DNA of 64,000 bases. It comes from a virus. Its lineage: Duplodnaviria; Caudoviricetes. Below the pieces are notes generated by a model that ran no database searches, was not told the origin of the DNA, and saw nothing but the letters and a program-made list of their open reading frames with translations. Of this stretch, positions 63,504 to 64,000 are shown in pieces. The first letter of the stretch is position 1; each line of letters begins with the position of its first letter. The position numbers were made by a program, and so were the translations under genes. The stretch spans positions 19,325 through 83,324 of IMG/VR virus record IMGVR_UViG_2706796350_000001. One strand, written 5' to 3'.

Positions 63504-63664
63504 TGAAGGTTTCGCGGAAGTTCGACAAGAAGACGATGAACCTGAAAGAGCTGAAGCAGTTCATCGAAACAGCAGAAGCGGCGGGGTGTACTCCCGAAGC
63601 CCGTATCAATGTGGTGGAGGGGTTCAAGGTCCGCACCCTCGAAGCGGAGATGCAGGAGACATGA
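63503..63664 (+). CDS. Small hypothetical protein (not in ORF track)
   Basis: TGATG coupling; MKVSRKFDKKTMNLKELKQF, 53 aa. Confidence 0.55.
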   Translation: MKVSRKFDKKTMNLKELKQFIETAEAAGCTPEARINVVEGFKVRTLEAEMQET

Positions 63665-63680
63665 TGCCAAAGGAGTTGCC

Positions 63681-63824
63681 ATGTGCACCACAGTGATGAT
63701 GCCGCAGTCGTTCGCCGGTCTCCCGCCCGTCCGTCGTGTGTTGCTGTGTGGCGACTACGAGTGCACGGACTTCCGAACCGATAGCGAACTGGCAGATCAG
63801 TTCGAGCGAGAGGACCACTACTGA
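63681..63824 (+). CDS. Small hypothetical protein
   Basis: SD AAGGAG; 47 aa. Confidence 0.5.
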   Translation: MCTTVMMPQSFAGLPPVRRVLLCGDYECTDFRTDSELADQFEREDHY

Positions 63825-64000
63825 TGTCGCATGGATTGGGAGAGCTGTGTCGTTTCGTATGGGACGGGCCGGGACCGGGAGAAAACAAGAACCGGCACAC
63901 GTGCTTCCGTATTAAGGATCACGAGGGCGCACACAAGTGTCTGTGCTGTACGTCTTACGAACAGAACCCGTCAGGTGGACCCGACACACCCCAAGCGTCT

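Noticed and set aside
1-64000. tRNA genes, CRISPR arrays, integrase/attP, reverse transcriptase
   Set aside because: No cloverleaf with GTTCGA-type T-loop in intergenic DNA, no regularly spaced repeats, and no tyrosine/serine recombinase or YxDD RT motifs seen

Overview
A 64-kb internal segment of a large, GC-rich actinobacteriophage genome with a contractile tail (myovirus). A mycolate-containing host such as Gordonia or Rhodococcus is inferred from the D-arabinanase-type lysin domain, the DUF732 lipoprotein and WhiB; the layout recalls GMA6/cluster DQ-like Gordonia myoviruses (from memory, not searched). Layout: (1) 1-23.8 kb, + strand: neck, tail sheath and tube, frameshifting tail chaperone, tape measure, baseplate with two paralogous hub proteins ending in different cell-wall hydrolases, tail fibre, and a 1087-aa four-enzyme lysin followed by membrane proteins. 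(2) 23.9-27.7 kb, - strand: endonuclease VII, primase, DnaB and a histone-H1-like protein. (3) 27.7-28.7 kb: an AT-rich origin-like stretch, divergent SigA-type promoters, and a roughly 560-nt ORF-free, highly structured RNA candidate. (4) 28.7-64 kb, + strand: MoxR/vWA pair, SSB, DnaE, RecA, nucleases and resolvases, four HNH genes across the window, ParB-DUF4417, a histone-like/JAB/Cys-cluster cassette, a second fibre cassette, WhiB, a second structured intergenic region, a terminase small subunit-like gene and many small ORFs. No integrase, tRNA, rRNA or CRISPR array was recognised. All product calls come from motif recognition by eye; no database searches or folding programs were run.
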